Part shown: one piece after another, positions 46,179-55,265 of the stretch | How the letters are laid out: the number at the start of each line of letters is the position of its first letter | Position numbering within the stretch: the stretch's first letter is position 1 | Source of the DNA: Bacteroidia bacterium | GTDB lineage: Bacteria > Bacteroidota > Bacteroidia > UKL13-3 | Length of the DNA stretch: 64,000 nt | NCBI GenBank assembly: GCA_044370475.1 | Contig: JBILVK010000002.1 | Coordinates: 9,383 to 73,382, forward strand | Direction of reading: 5' to 3' | Translations under genes and position numbers: made by a program | Notes under the pieces: generated by a model | What the model was told of the DNA's origin: nothing | What the model saw: the letters and a program-made list of their open reading frames with translations, nothing else | The model's database searches: none

Positions 46179-46949
46179 ATGATACGTTTCGATTTTCTTG
46201 AAGCCAATAAAGAACGATTTCGCAAAGAATTCCTTGAAGCTCAACCTTTTCCACATATTGGTATTGATGGTTTATGTGATGAACAAAAGCTCACAGAATT
46301 ATACAATCAAATACCTAATATCGAAACGCCTAGTGCCGATTATGTTTTTGCGAAAAACAAGTTTGAAAAAAGTCGCTATTATGAATTAGGTGGGCTTTTT
46401 CAAGAATTGCACGAAGACCTTATTAATCCTAGATTCGCAGATTTTGTAAGCTATATTACCAATGAAGATGTTTTTATTGACCCTACTTTTTATGGTGGTG
46501 GAATTCATCAGGGTAAAAAGGGTAGCTTTTTGGATATGCATGCCGATTTTAATTACCATCCATTACATGAAAATTGGTTTAGAAATCTAAATCTACTTTT
46601 ATACATCAATAAAGATTGGAAAAAGGAATATGGGGGAGAGCTACGTTTAGAAGATGGAAGAACAGGTGAGAAAACAGAGGTAGATGTACCCTTCAATAGG
46701 TTAGCTATCATGCATTGCAGAGGCTATACTTTACATGGCTACGATCCTATTAGCTTCCCTGAAGGAGAATTCAGAACATCAATTGCGGCTTATGCTTATA
46801 CCATCCACGAAAATCAATTGGAATCGAGCAGAACAACTGTCTGGCATGTGAAAAAGGAAAGTCCAATAAAGTTTATTTTATCCAAAATTTGGGTGCCTGC
46901 AGTAAAGGTAAAAAGCTTATTTAGTAAAAGTAAAACTGCCGACCATTAG
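46179..46949 (+). CDS. 2OG-Fe(II) oxygenase superfamily protein
   Basis: Putative HxD...H facial triad (LDMHAD ... TLHG) and GGELRL strand. Confidence 0.6.
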   Translation: MIRFDFLEANKERFRKEFLEAQPFPHIGIDGLCDEQKLTELYNQIPNIETPSADYVFAKNKFEKSRYYELGGLFQELHEDLINPRFADFVSYITNEDVFIDPTFYGGGIHQGKKGSFLDMHADFNYHPLHENWFRNLNLLLYINKDWKKEYGGELRLEDGRTGEKTEVDVPFNRLAIMHCRGYTLHGYDPISFPEGEFRTSIAAYAYTIHENQLESSRTTVWHVKKESPIKFILSKIWVPAVKVKSLFSKSKTADH

Positions 46950-46950
46950 T

Positions 46951-46958
46951 GTAATTTT
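46951..46958 (+). promoter_or_regulatory. candidate -7 box TAATTTTG upstream of the TonB-dependent receptor gene
   Basis: TAnnTTTG match about 60-87 nt upstream of the candidate starts. Confidence 0.3.
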
Positions 46959-47017
46959 GGTCAAAATTTTATTTATTGAACATTGCACGAACTTTTGGCT
47001 AACATAGGTGTTATGAA

Positions 47018-49423
47018 TTGCGTTTAATCACGTATTTTTGGCTTATGTTTTCTAGGTATGCATTTTTCTTGTTTTTTTTCATTTTAGCTCAAAATACTTG
47101 GGTTAAAGGGCAATCCTTTACCCTCAGCGGGTATGTAAAAGATAGTACTACTGGCGAAACGCTTATTGGTGCTAGCATCAGAAATCTGGAAGGAACCTTG
47201 GGTACCGTAACCAATTCATATGGCTTCTTCTCTTTAAGTGTTCCAAATGAAGGCACTCAGCTTGTTTGCTCTTATATAGGCTATCAGCCAAAGAAATTAA
47301 CCGCAAAGAAAAATAAAAACAAGGGTATACAAATTGAACTTGCTCCTCAATCTAAAATTGCCAAGGAGGTAGTTATTAGCGGTGATAGAGTAGACAAGAA
47401 TGTACGAAGCACCGAAATGAGTAGGATTGAAATTAGTGGTGAAAAATTAAAAGCTTTACCTGTGGTTTTTGGTGAACCCGATGTGTTAAAAGCAATTACT
47501 TTGCTTCCCGGAATTAAAAGTGGGGGCGAGGCCAGTACAGGTTTTTATGTAAGAGGGGGTGGCCCAGATCAAAACTTGATTTTAATGGATGAGGCTGTGG
47601 TATATAATCCTTCTCATTTGTTTGGATTTCTTTCTGTGTTTAATGCAGATGCAGTAAAAGGAATAGATATTATAAAAGGTGGAATGCCTGCAAACTACGG
47701 TGGTAGGCTGTCTTCTATCTTAAATGTGTATATGCGTGATGGTAATAATCAGCAATATAAATATAGTGGTGGTGTGGGACTTATTTCAAGTCGCTTATCT
47801 GCCGAAGGTCCCATAGAAAAAGGTAAAAGCAGTTTTTTAGTTTCGGCCCGAAGAACCTATATCGACTTCCTGGTGAGGCCATTTTTACCTTCAGATATCA
47901 AGGGGAATAGTTATTATTTTTATGATATGAACCTCAAAATGAGTTTCATTTTAGGTGAAAAGGATAGAATTTATATTTCAGGATACTTTGGTAGAGATAT
48001 TCTTGATTATAAGAGCCAATTTAACAATTCAGTAAACTTCAATTTTGGTTGGGGTAATTCAACTGCTACTGCTAGGTGGAACCATGTTTTTAACCCCAAA
48101 TTGTTTAGCAATACCAGCATTATTTTTAACAGATATGAATTGTTTAACGACTTTAACTTTGGTGCTGGTGGCTTCAAAGTAAGAAGTAACCTAAGGGATT
48201 GGAATTTTAAAAGCGATTTTACATGGTACCCGCACGAAAAGCATCAAGTAAAATTTGGAATAAATTACACTTACCACACTTTTCAACCGGGAATTTTAAG
48301 TGGCAATATTGGTAGTACAAAAATTGACCAAGAAATAAATAAACAGTTTGCACATGAATATGCTGCTTATGCTTTGGATGAATGGAATATTAATCACCGT
48401 TGGACAATCAATTATGGCCTAAGGGCGGTTGCTTTTCAATTGGTTGGACCTTACTCTCAGGCTGAGTTCGACAATGTGAACCAACTCCCAACTGATAATG
48501 TAACCATATATAAGCCGGGCGAAACAATTGCCTTCTATCCAAGGTTAGAGCCAAGGGTAAATGTTACCTATCTTATCAATGAAAGCTCTAGTGTAAAAGG
48601 CTCCTATACGCAAACCTATCAATTCCTGCATTTAGCAACAACCTCTGGAGCCCAATTCCCAATTGATTTATGGGTTCCAAGTTCAAATTTGGTTAAGCCT
48701 CAAATGGCAAGGCAATACGCTTTGGGTTACTTTAAGAACTTTAAGCAAAATACCTATGAATCTTCTGCCGAGATTTATTATAAGCCCATGAAAAACCAAA
48801 TTGAGTTTAAACCTGGAGCCACCCTGTTTTTTAATCAAAACCTAGAGCAAGAAATGGTTTTTGGCGAGGGTAAAAGCTACGGTTTAGAACTGTTTTTAAG
48901 AAAGAAAACGGGCAAATTAAATGGTTGGATTGGATATACCTGGAGCAGAACAACAAGGCAATTCGATGAATTAAATAATGGTAAACCTTATTTCTATAGA
49001 TACGATAGAACCCATGATATTTCTGTTTTACTAAGTTACGAAATCAATAAGAAATGGTCGGCAAACTTTGTCTTTGTTTACGGAACAGGCAATGCGACAA
49101 CCTTGCCAGATTCTAGATATGCATATAGATACGGTATTGACCCTTTAACTGGCGAGCCAAAATTTGTTTTTATTGATAGGTATGGGGCTGTTAATTCATT
49201 TAGGCTACCATCTTATCATAGGGCAGATATTTCATTTACCTACATTGCTTTGCAATCAAAAAAATTTGAGAGCAGTTGGAACTTTAGTATTTACAATATC
49301 TATAACAGAGCAAATCCCTATTTCATATACTTTTTCCCAGATATAGAATCACAAACTGTTAAAGCTTATATGGTGTATCTTTTCCCAATTTTACCTTCTG
49401 TGCAATGGAATTTTAAGTTCTAA
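47018..49423 (+). CDS. TonB-dependent receptor (carboxypeptidase-regulatory-like domain + plug + barrel)
   Basis: FTLSGYVKDSTTGETLIGASI CarbopepD-like start, the plug motif VVFGEPDVLKAITLLPGIKSGGE, and a C-terminal aromatic residue. Start is uncertain (TTG 47018 or ATG 47045). Confidence 0.85.
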   Translation: MRLITYFWLMFSRYAFFLFFFILAQNTWVKGQSFTLSGYVKDSTTGETLIGASIRNLEGTLGTVTNSYGFFSLSVPNEGTQLVCSYIGYQPKKLTAKKNKNKGIQIELAPQSKIAKEVVISGDRVDKNVRSTEMSRIEISGEKLKALPVVFGEPDVLKAITLLPGIKSGGEASTGFYVRGGGPDQNLILMDEAVVYNPSHLFGFLSVFNADAVKGIDIIKGGMPANYGGRLSSILNVYMRDGNNQQYKYSGGVGLISSRLSAEGPIEKGKSSFLVSARRTYIDFLVRPFLPSDIKGNSYYFYDMNLKMSFILGEKDRIYISGYFGRDILDYKSQFNNSVNFNFGWGNSTATARWNHVFNPKLFSNTSIIFNRYELFNDFNFGAGGFKVRSNLRDWNFKSDFTWYPHEKHQVKFGINYTYHTFQPGILSGNIGSTKIDQEINKQFAHEYAAYALDEWNINHRWTINYGLRAVAFQLVGPYSQAEFDNVNQLPTDNVTIYKPGETIAFYPRLEPRVNVTYLINESSSVKGSYTQTYQFLHLATTSGAQFPIDLWVPSSNLVKPQMARQYALGYFKNFKQNTYESSAEIYYKPMKNQIEFKPGATLFFNQNLEQEMVFGEGKSYGLELFLRKKTGKLNGWIGYTWSRTTRQFDELNNGKPYFYRYDRTHDISVLLSYEINKKWSANFVFVYGTGNATTLPDSRYAYRYGIDPLTGEPKFVFIDRYGAVNSFRLPSYHRADISFTYIALQSKKFESSWNFSIYNIYNRANPYFIYFFPDIESQTVKAYMVYLFPILPSVQWNFKF

Positions 49424-49428
49424 TAGAA

Positions 49429-50313
49429 ATGAATACTCTCATGAAATTACCTTATTTTTTGTCAAAACAATTTTCCAAAATACCCTTGTTGTTAATTGCT
49501 GCTACACTATTAATTAGTGCTTGCGAAAAGGAGATAAAAATTGACCTGCCTCCTTCAAAACCAGAATTGGTTGTAGAGGCTTCCATTAATCAATTATCGC
49601 CAACGCTTAATTATGTGGTGCTCTCTAATACCCTCGATTATTTCAATCCAAGCCTCGATTTATCTGCAGTAAGTGGAGCTAAAGTTTACATTACAGAAGG
49701 AAATATCATTGGCAATGATACTGTTTTTGAAACAGCAAATCGACTGCAGTTTTATGATGTTGCAAGCGAGATTTTTCCAGGAATTTATGTAAATCCAAGC
49801 TTTGTTGGTCAGGTAGAAAAACCTTATTACCTAGAGATAGAATTAAATGATGGCAAAAAGATAACAGGCAAAACATTTATACCTAAACCCGTTCCAATAG
49901 ATAGCATGCATTATTGGTTCGAACCAAACGAAAAAGACACCAATGCATTCTTTTATTTTAATTGGTTTGATGGCCCAGAACAAAACAACTATAGGGTGGT
50001 GCTCAAGGAGGGAATTTTGCCCGTGTTAACTGGCTGGGGCTATGCCGATAGATTCTATACTTTTGATGATTCGCAAATAAACAATCAAACTAGGCCTTTT
50101 CTAATGCTTAATCCTTTTAAATATGGCGATACCGTTCATGTGTATTTATCACAAATAGGAAGAAAGGAATACCTCTTTTGGGATTCATTTAGAAATGCTG
50201 CAAATAATGGCGGACCCTTTGCTACGCCTACCTCTGTTTCTTCAAATGTGGAGGGCGCTATAGGTTCCTTTACGGGTTATGGTATTACGCAAACACAGTT
50301 TATTTTAAGGTAA
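49429..50313 (+). CDS. DUF4249-like lipoprotein, partner of the upstream TonB-dependent receptor
   Basis: Lipobox LISAC followed by KPELVVEASIN, with the typical position downstream of a TonB-dependent receptor gene. Confidence 0.6.
   Translation: MNTLMKLPYFLSKQFSKIPLLLIAATLLISACEKEIKIDLPPSKPELVVEASINQLSPTLNYVVLSNTLDYFNPSLDLSAVSGAKVYITEGNIIGNDTVFETANRLQFYDVASEIFPGIYVNPSFVGQVEKPYYLEIELNDGKKITGKTFIPKPVPIDSMHYWFEPNEKDTNAFFYFNWFDGPEQNNYRVVLKEGILPVLTGWGYADRFYTFDDSQINNQTRPFLMLNPFKYGDTVHVYLSQIGRKEYLFWDSFRNAANNGGPFATPTSVSSNVEGAIGSFTGYGITQTQFILR
49914..49927. repeat. iterated motif copy, palindromic variant TTGGTTCGAACCAA
   Basis: Perfect 14-nt palindrome; encodes YWFEPN, as at 42894. Confidence 0.8.
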
Positions 50314-51660
50314 TTATCTTTTAGTAAATCGATAGATAATAACTTGATTCTTTTTGATGTCATAGTTGCGAATGATGGCAAGCTCATTGCCCATTGCATC
50401 CACATCAATATCTAATGCATCTACATTTTGCATTTCACAATAGGGCTTCAATATGGCAGCCATTTGTAGTTTACTAATTCTACTATATAAATTATCGTTG
50501 TCTACGCAATAGCCATCCAAGTTTAATTGCTCAAAATTACCCATTTGGATGGCATTAAAGGTGTTTTCTCCCTGCCCGTTAAATATCACCATTTGGTTGA
50601 TAGATTCCTCTTGTATATTGGTTCTACCTTTATTTAAACTCACAATTACTTGGTCGCCTTTATTTGAAATAACAGGAGGGGCAGGCACGCTTAATCCATC
50701 GTTTTCAATTAACCTATATTTGGTATTGTTGATCAATTCAAACTCCTTATGCCAAAACAATTTCATAACACTTGAATTTGGATCCATGCCATAGTTTGCC
50801 ACCATAAATGCTAATTTCCCATTTCTGATGACATTACAACTCACCACAAAGCTTTGGAGGGCTGGATTTAAACTAAACGATGCTTCCTTGCCAAGCATTT
50901 GGGTGTTTGGCGTCAAAAAATTGTCTAATAACAAGAGCCTAAACAAGTTAAAATCCTCGTCGTAAAAAGCAATATGGTAGGCAATTGCACTAGGATCGTG
51001 CTCTGCATTGGCTCCTTTTCTCGACAAAACATAATACCCCATATTCTCGGCAGTAAACTTCCATTTGCCTTGAAACTTTAAACTCTCCAAAGGATTTGAA
51101 CTTGGAAACGCAATATCAATTTCTTTTACTGTTTCTTCATTTTTGTCTAGTAAATTTATTTGATAAATATGCAAATCCTCCAAACCGTCATATACTTCAA
51201 AAATCATTTTTCCAGTTGCTGTAAAATGAATTTTGTTTACCAAATCGTGGTTTAACCCAATTGCCTCAATATCGAACTTTTTTGATGCAATCTCTACCCC
51301 ATTAAAATTTAATACCCTTAACCAATATTTAGTACTCAATCTATCAACTAAAAAAAGATAGTTCTTGTTAGCATATATCGAAAATTGTCCGTTAGAGTTC
51401 ACCTTAAAATTAGCCCTTTTGGTAAGGTCTTTACTATAATAAAAAACATTATTCAATAAAGTCGCATTCGTTCCAACGCCTTCATCCACGTCTTTATCCT
51501 TATTAAACACAAGTGCAAAACCATGATCACCAAAATCAAAATAATGATTGCAATATCCACCCCCAGATTGCTTATCTAAAATGATTTTTGATTGCCCTTT
51601 AGATTGATTCGCTATGGAAACAAATAGGAGGAGGGATAGGAATAATTTGAGGATTTTCAT
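50314..51660 (-). CDS. hypothetical secreted protein
   Basis: Signal peptide MKILKLFLSLLLFVSIANQSKGQ. The ATG at 51660 lies 2 nt after the accC stop. No family recognised. Confidence 0.45.
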   Translation of the reverse strand: MKILKLFLSLLLFVSIANQSKGQSKIILDKQSGGGYCNHYFDFGDHGFALVFNKDKDVDEGVGTNATLLNNVFYYSKDLTKRANFKVNSNGQFSIYANKNYLFLVDRLSTKYWLRVLNFNGVEIASKKFDIEAIGLNHDLVNKIHFTATGKMIFEVYDGLEDLHIYQINLLDKNEETVKEIDIAFPSSNPLESLKFQGKWKFTAENMGYYVLSRKGANAEHDPSAIAYHIAFYDEDFNLFRLLLLDNFLTPNTQMLGKEASFSLNPALQSFVVSCNVIRNGKLAFMVANYGMDPNSSVMKLFWHKEFELINNTKYRLIENDGLSVPAPPVISNKGDQVIVSLNKGRTNIQEESINQMVIFNGQGENTFNAIQMGNFEQLNLDGYCVDNDNLYSRISKLQMAAILKPYCEMQNVDALDIDVDAMGNELAIIRNYDIKKNQVIIYRFTKR

Positions 51661-51662
51661 AC

Positions 51663-53144
51663 TTAACTTTTTCTTTTTAACTGCCAATTGCTCGATGGAT
51701 TTTCTTTCACTTGAACCTCTTTACCTTCGTATTGAAAGAACAAATCCCCAGCACTAAAAGCTGCTGCTTTAATCTGCGCTTCACTGCTTTTCTTATTCAA
51801 CATTTCTGGCAAAAAATACTTCTGAATAAAATGAGTATCAAAATCACCTTTCAAATAAGCTTCATTTTCCATGACAAATGCACCAAAACTCAATGTTGTT
51901 TCTATTCCACTAATTTTATAATCTGCAATAGCTCTTTTCATCCTATTAATTGCCTCTTCCCTGTTAGCACCAAAGGTGATTAATTTAGCTATCATAGGGT
52001 CGTATTGAATTGGAATTTCCATACCTTCTTCAAAGCTATCATCTACTCTTACCCCATAACCTTGCGGCGTTCTGTAAGTAGTTAATTTACCAATATCGGG
52101 TAAAAAGTTATTCTGTGGGTCTTCCGCGCAAACCCTAAGCTCTATGGCATGTCCGTGAATTTTCAAGTCCTCTTGGGTGTACCCCAATTGCTCGCCACGC
52201 GCCACCCTAATTTGCTCCTTTACCAAATCAAGTCCAACAATTTGTTCTGTAACAGGGTGCTCAACTTGCAAGCGTGTGTTCATCTCCAAAAAGTAAAAAT
52301 TTAATTCATGGTCAACCAAGAACTCAACCGTACCTGCACCAAAATAATTTGAAGCCTTAGCTACGTTAACCGCAGCCTCACCCATTTTCTTCCTAACCTC
52401 TGGAGTTAAGCAGCTAGAAGGCGCCTCTTCAACCAATTTTTGATGTCTTCTTTGAATGCTGCATTCACGCTCAAACAAATACACCACGTTGCCATGTTGG
52501 TCTCCCAATATTTGAATTTCAATATGTTTGGGCGAACCAACAAATTTTTCAATAAAAACGGCATTATCTCCAAAGGAGGCCAATGCTTCCGATTGAGCCA
52601 ATCTGATAGCTTCTTCAAATTCGTCCTCAGAGTTTACTACACGCATTCCTTTGCCACCGCCACCTGCAGAGGCTTTTACCAAAACAGGATATCCTATAGT
52701 TGTGGCAATTTTTTTAGCTTCTACCACATCTCTTAGTTCTTCTTGAGTGCCTGGTACCAAGGGTACATCAAACTTACTAACTGCTTGCTTAGCGCCAATT
52801 TTACTTCCCATTACCTCCATACTCTCTGCAGATGGGCCAATAAAAATGATTCCAGCATCTTTAACTTTACGCGCAAAATGAGCATTCTCGCTCAAAAAAC
52901 CATATCCAGGATGTATGGCATCTGCACCAACAGATAAAGCCACTTCAATGATTTTATCTCCTAATAAATAGCTCTGGTTACTGGGTGGCGGACCAATACA
53001 AACGGCCTCATCTGCATACCTTACATGCAGGGCTTTTCTATCTGCCTCGCTATACACTGCAACAGTTTTTATGCCCATTTCTTTGGCTGTGCGCATTACC
53101 CTTAATGCAATCTCGCCTCTATTTGCTATGAGTATCTTTTTCAT
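51663..53144 (-). CDS. accC: biotin carboxylase subunit (acetyl-CoA carboxylase AccC type)
   Basis: KKILIANRGEIALRVMRTAKEMGI, the ATP-grasp GGGGKGMRVV, and EMNTRLQVEHPVTE. ATG at 53144 preferred over the track's TTG. Confidence 0.9.
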   Translation of the reverse strand: MKKILIANRGEIALRVMRTAKEMGIKTVAVYSEADRKALHVRYADEAVCIGPPPSNQSYLLGDKIIEVALSVGADAIHPGYGFLSENAHFARKVKDAGIIFIGPSAESMEVMGSKIGAKQAVSKFDVPLVPGTQEELRDVVEAKKIATTIGYPVLVKASAGGGGKGMRVVNSEDEFEEAIRLAQSEALASFGDNAVFIEKFVGSPKHIEIQILGDQHGNVVYLFERECSIQRRHQKLVEEAPSSCLTPEVRKKMGEAAVNVAKASNYFGAGTVEFLVDHELNFYFLEMNTRLQVEHPVTEQIVGLDLVKEQIRVARGEQLGYTQEDLKIHGHAIELRVCAEDPQNNFLPDIGKLTTYRTPQGYGVRVDDSFEEGMEIPIQYDPMIAKLITFGANREEAINRMKRAIADYKISGIETTLSFGAFVMENEAYLKGDFDTHFIQKYFLPEMLNKKSSEAQIKAAAFSAGDLFFQYEGKEVQVKENPSSNWQLKRKS

Positions 53145-53164
53145 TTTATATTGGTTCAAACAGA

Positions 53165-53172
53165 CAAAAATA
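53165..53172 (-). promoter_or_regulatory. candidate -7 box TATTTTTG upstream of accC
   Basis: TAnnTTTG match 21 nt upstream of the ATG. Confidence 0.4.
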
Positions 53173-53306
53173 ACAGAATTTAAGAATACACACTTATTTT
53201 ACTTGTTAACTGCTATTTGTCATAGATAACCATCACAAATTAAGCAGGAAAGAAAATTTTCAAATTATTAATTTTATCATAATGTTGGAATTTGCTCTTT
53301 GTAGGC

Positions 53307-53314
53307 TAAGTTTG
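53307..53314 (+). promoter_or_regulatory. candidate -7 box TAAGTTTG upstream of the desaturase gene
   Basis: TAnnTTTG match 51 nt upstream of the ATG. Confidence 0.35.
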
Positions 53315-53364
53315 TAACAATTGAACGACTTGTTTCTCCCCAGTTAGCTTAATAATTAATTTAA

Positions 53365-54465
53365 ATGAAACTCATTAAATTCCAAAGCGAAGAAAAAAGT
53401 CAGAAAGAATTTACCAAGGAACTTCGCCAAAACGTAAATGCTTATTTCAAAGAAAACAACCTTTCTACCAAAGGCAATTTTCTCATGTATGTAAAAACTG
53501 TTACTGTTTATACATTGTATGTTGTGCCTTTTATTGTTATTCTCAATTACAATTTACCATTTCTAAGCTCATTTTTATTGTTTATGGTTATTGGAATGGG
53601 CACAGCTGGCGTGGGAATGAGCGTAATGCACGATTCTTTACACAACTCCTATTCTAAGAACAAATGGGTAAATAAAATAATGGGGTTAAGCATGTATATT
53701 ATTGGCAGCAATGTGTTTAATTGGAAGCTTCAACACAATATTTTTCATCATGCTTACACTAATATTGGTGGACTTGATGAGGATATAAAACCGCGTTGGA
53801 TCATGCGATTCTCAGAACAATCTCCTCTTAAACCTGTTCACAAATATCAGTATTTATACTCCTTGCCCTTGTACTCTATGATGACCATCTCCATGTTACT
53901 TGGCGACTTACCTAGGCTTATTGGCTATAACAAAGCAGGGTTAATTGAGCAACATCTAAGCAATGCAAGAAAAGAATTCTCCATTTTGATTGGCATAAAA
54001 CTGGCCTATTTATTTGTAGTTATTGGTTTGCCAATTATATATACAGACCTTGCTTGGTGGCAGGTTTTATTGTCTTTTTTGGCTATGCACATGGTGGCTG
54101 GATTCATATTCGCCCTGGTGTTTCAATTGGCACATATTGTAGAGGGTGTTGCTCAGCCAGTAGCAAATGAAAATCATGTTACAGAGAACGAGTGGGCTGT
54201 TCATCAACTGCTTACCACCGCCAATTTTGCCCCCAAGAACAAGCTTCTTAATTGGTATGTGGGTGGATTAAACTACCAAGTAGAGCATCATCTTTTTCCT
54301 AATATCTGCCATATGCATTACCCCGCTTTGTCTAAAATTGTAGAAAAAACAGCCCATAAATACGGCATACCATACTTGCAAAACCCAACCTTATGGGCGG
54401 CCATAAAGTCGCACATAAACAGGTTAAAAGAGTTAGGCAATCCTCCAAAACAAGTTATTTCTTAG
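53365..54465 (+). CDS. membrane fatty-acid desaturase (front-end/acyl-lipid type, no cytochrome b5 domain)
   Basis: Three histidine boxes: HDSLHNSY, HNIFHHAYTN, QVEHHLFP. Confidence 0.82.
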   Translation: MKLIKFQSEEKSQKEFTKELRQNVNAYFKENNLSTKGNFLMYVKTVTVYTLYVVPFIVILNYNLPFLSSFLLFMVIGMGTAGVGMSVMHDSLHNSYSKNKWVNKIMGLSMYIIGSNVFNWKLQHNIFHHAYTNIGGLDEDIKPRWIMRFSEQSPLKPVHKYQYLYSLPLYSMMTISMLLGDLPRLIGYNKAGLIEQHLSNARKEFSILIGIKLAYLFVVIGLPIIYTDLAWWQVLLSFLAMHMVAGFIFALVFQLAHIVEGVAQPVANENHVTENEWAVHQLLTTANFAPKNKLLNWYVGGLNYQVEHHLFPNICHMHYPALSKIVEKTAHKYGIPYLQNPTLWAAIKSHINRLKELGNPPKQVIS

Positions 54466-54479
54466 TTGTTTAATTATTT

Positions 54480-54494
54480 TTCGGTCTGAACCAA
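54480..54494 (+). repeat. iterated motif copy, exact TTCGGTCTGAACCAA (intergenic)
   Basis: Exact 15-mer 15 nt after the desaturase stop, flanked by a T-run and an A-run. Confidence 0.9.
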
Positions 54495-54500
54495 AAAAAA

Positions 54501-54537
54501 GCTGCAAATAGCTTGAGGTTTATTTATAATTTGCAGC
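54501..54537 (+). promoter_or_regulatory. 9-bp hairpin ending 3 nt before the ccmB start codon
   Basis: GCTGCAAAT-19 nt-ATTTGCAGC. No U-run on the + strand, an A-run upstream. Confidence 0.4.
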
Positions 54538-54540
54538 CCA

Positions 54541-55191
54541 ATGAGCCCTTTAGTACATCTCATCAAAAAAGAATTCATCCTTGAATGGAGGCAACGTTAT
54601 GCCCTCAACGGAATTTTATTGCAAGTACTGTCGTCTGTATTTGTGGTTTATCTTGCCATTAAAACCCTAAACAATAACTCCTGGAATGGTGTGTTCTGGG
54701 TGCTTATGCTTTTTATTTCAATTAATGCCATTGCCAAGAGCTTTATTGGTGAAGGAAAAGGTAAAAATCTTTATTACCATATGTTGGTTCAGCCCCAACA
54801 ATTGCTGCTTGCTAAATTTATTTACAATGCCATCTTGAATGTGTTTTTGGCAGCCTTAAGCCTTTCTACTTTTATGCTGTTACTTGGTAATCCTATAGAA
54901 TCTATGGCCTTATATTTTGCCGTAACATTCTTTGGATGCATTGGTATTGCTGGAACTTTTACCATGTTATCGGCCATCTCATCTAAAGGCGGTAACAGCA
55001 ATTTATTAATGCCCGTTTTAAGCTTACCCATCATTATTCCTTTGCTGCTCATCATTATTAAAGCCGCCAAAAGAGCAATGGATGGAACAGATGCTACTCA
55101 GATATACAAAGATCTTGGAACCTTATTTGTGTTCAATATCTTGGTGGTAGTGCTTGCCTATATCTTGTTTCCTTCTCTTTGGAAAGAATAG
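54541..55191 (+). CDS. ccmB: CcmB-like heme-exporter ABC permease
   Basis: Six-TM protein. LEWRQRYALNGILLQ and GGNSNLLMPVLSLPIIIPLL resemble CcmB. Confidence 0.6.
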   Translation: MSPLVHLIKKEFILEWRQRYALNGILLQVLSSVFVVYLAIKTLNNNSWNGVFWVLMLFISINAIAKSFIGEGKGKNLYYHMLVQPQQLLLAKFIYNAILNVFLAALSLSTFMLLLGNPIESMALYFAVTFFGCIGIAGTFTMLSAISSKGGNSNLLMPVLSLPIIIPLLLIIIKAAKRAMDGTDATQIYKDLGTLFVFNILVVVLAYILFPSLWKE

Positions 55192-55213
55192 AAGCGCTTA
55201 CCAATTTTTAATT

Positions 55214-55221
55214 TATATTTG
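55214..55221 (+). promoter_or_regulatory. candidate -7 box TATATTTG upstream of mnmA
   Basis: TAnnTTTG match 45 nt upstream of the ATG. Confidence 0.35.
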
Positions 55222-55265
55222 CCAGCTCAATCACTAGGGCTTTTTACCCTTTCATGTTTTGAATT

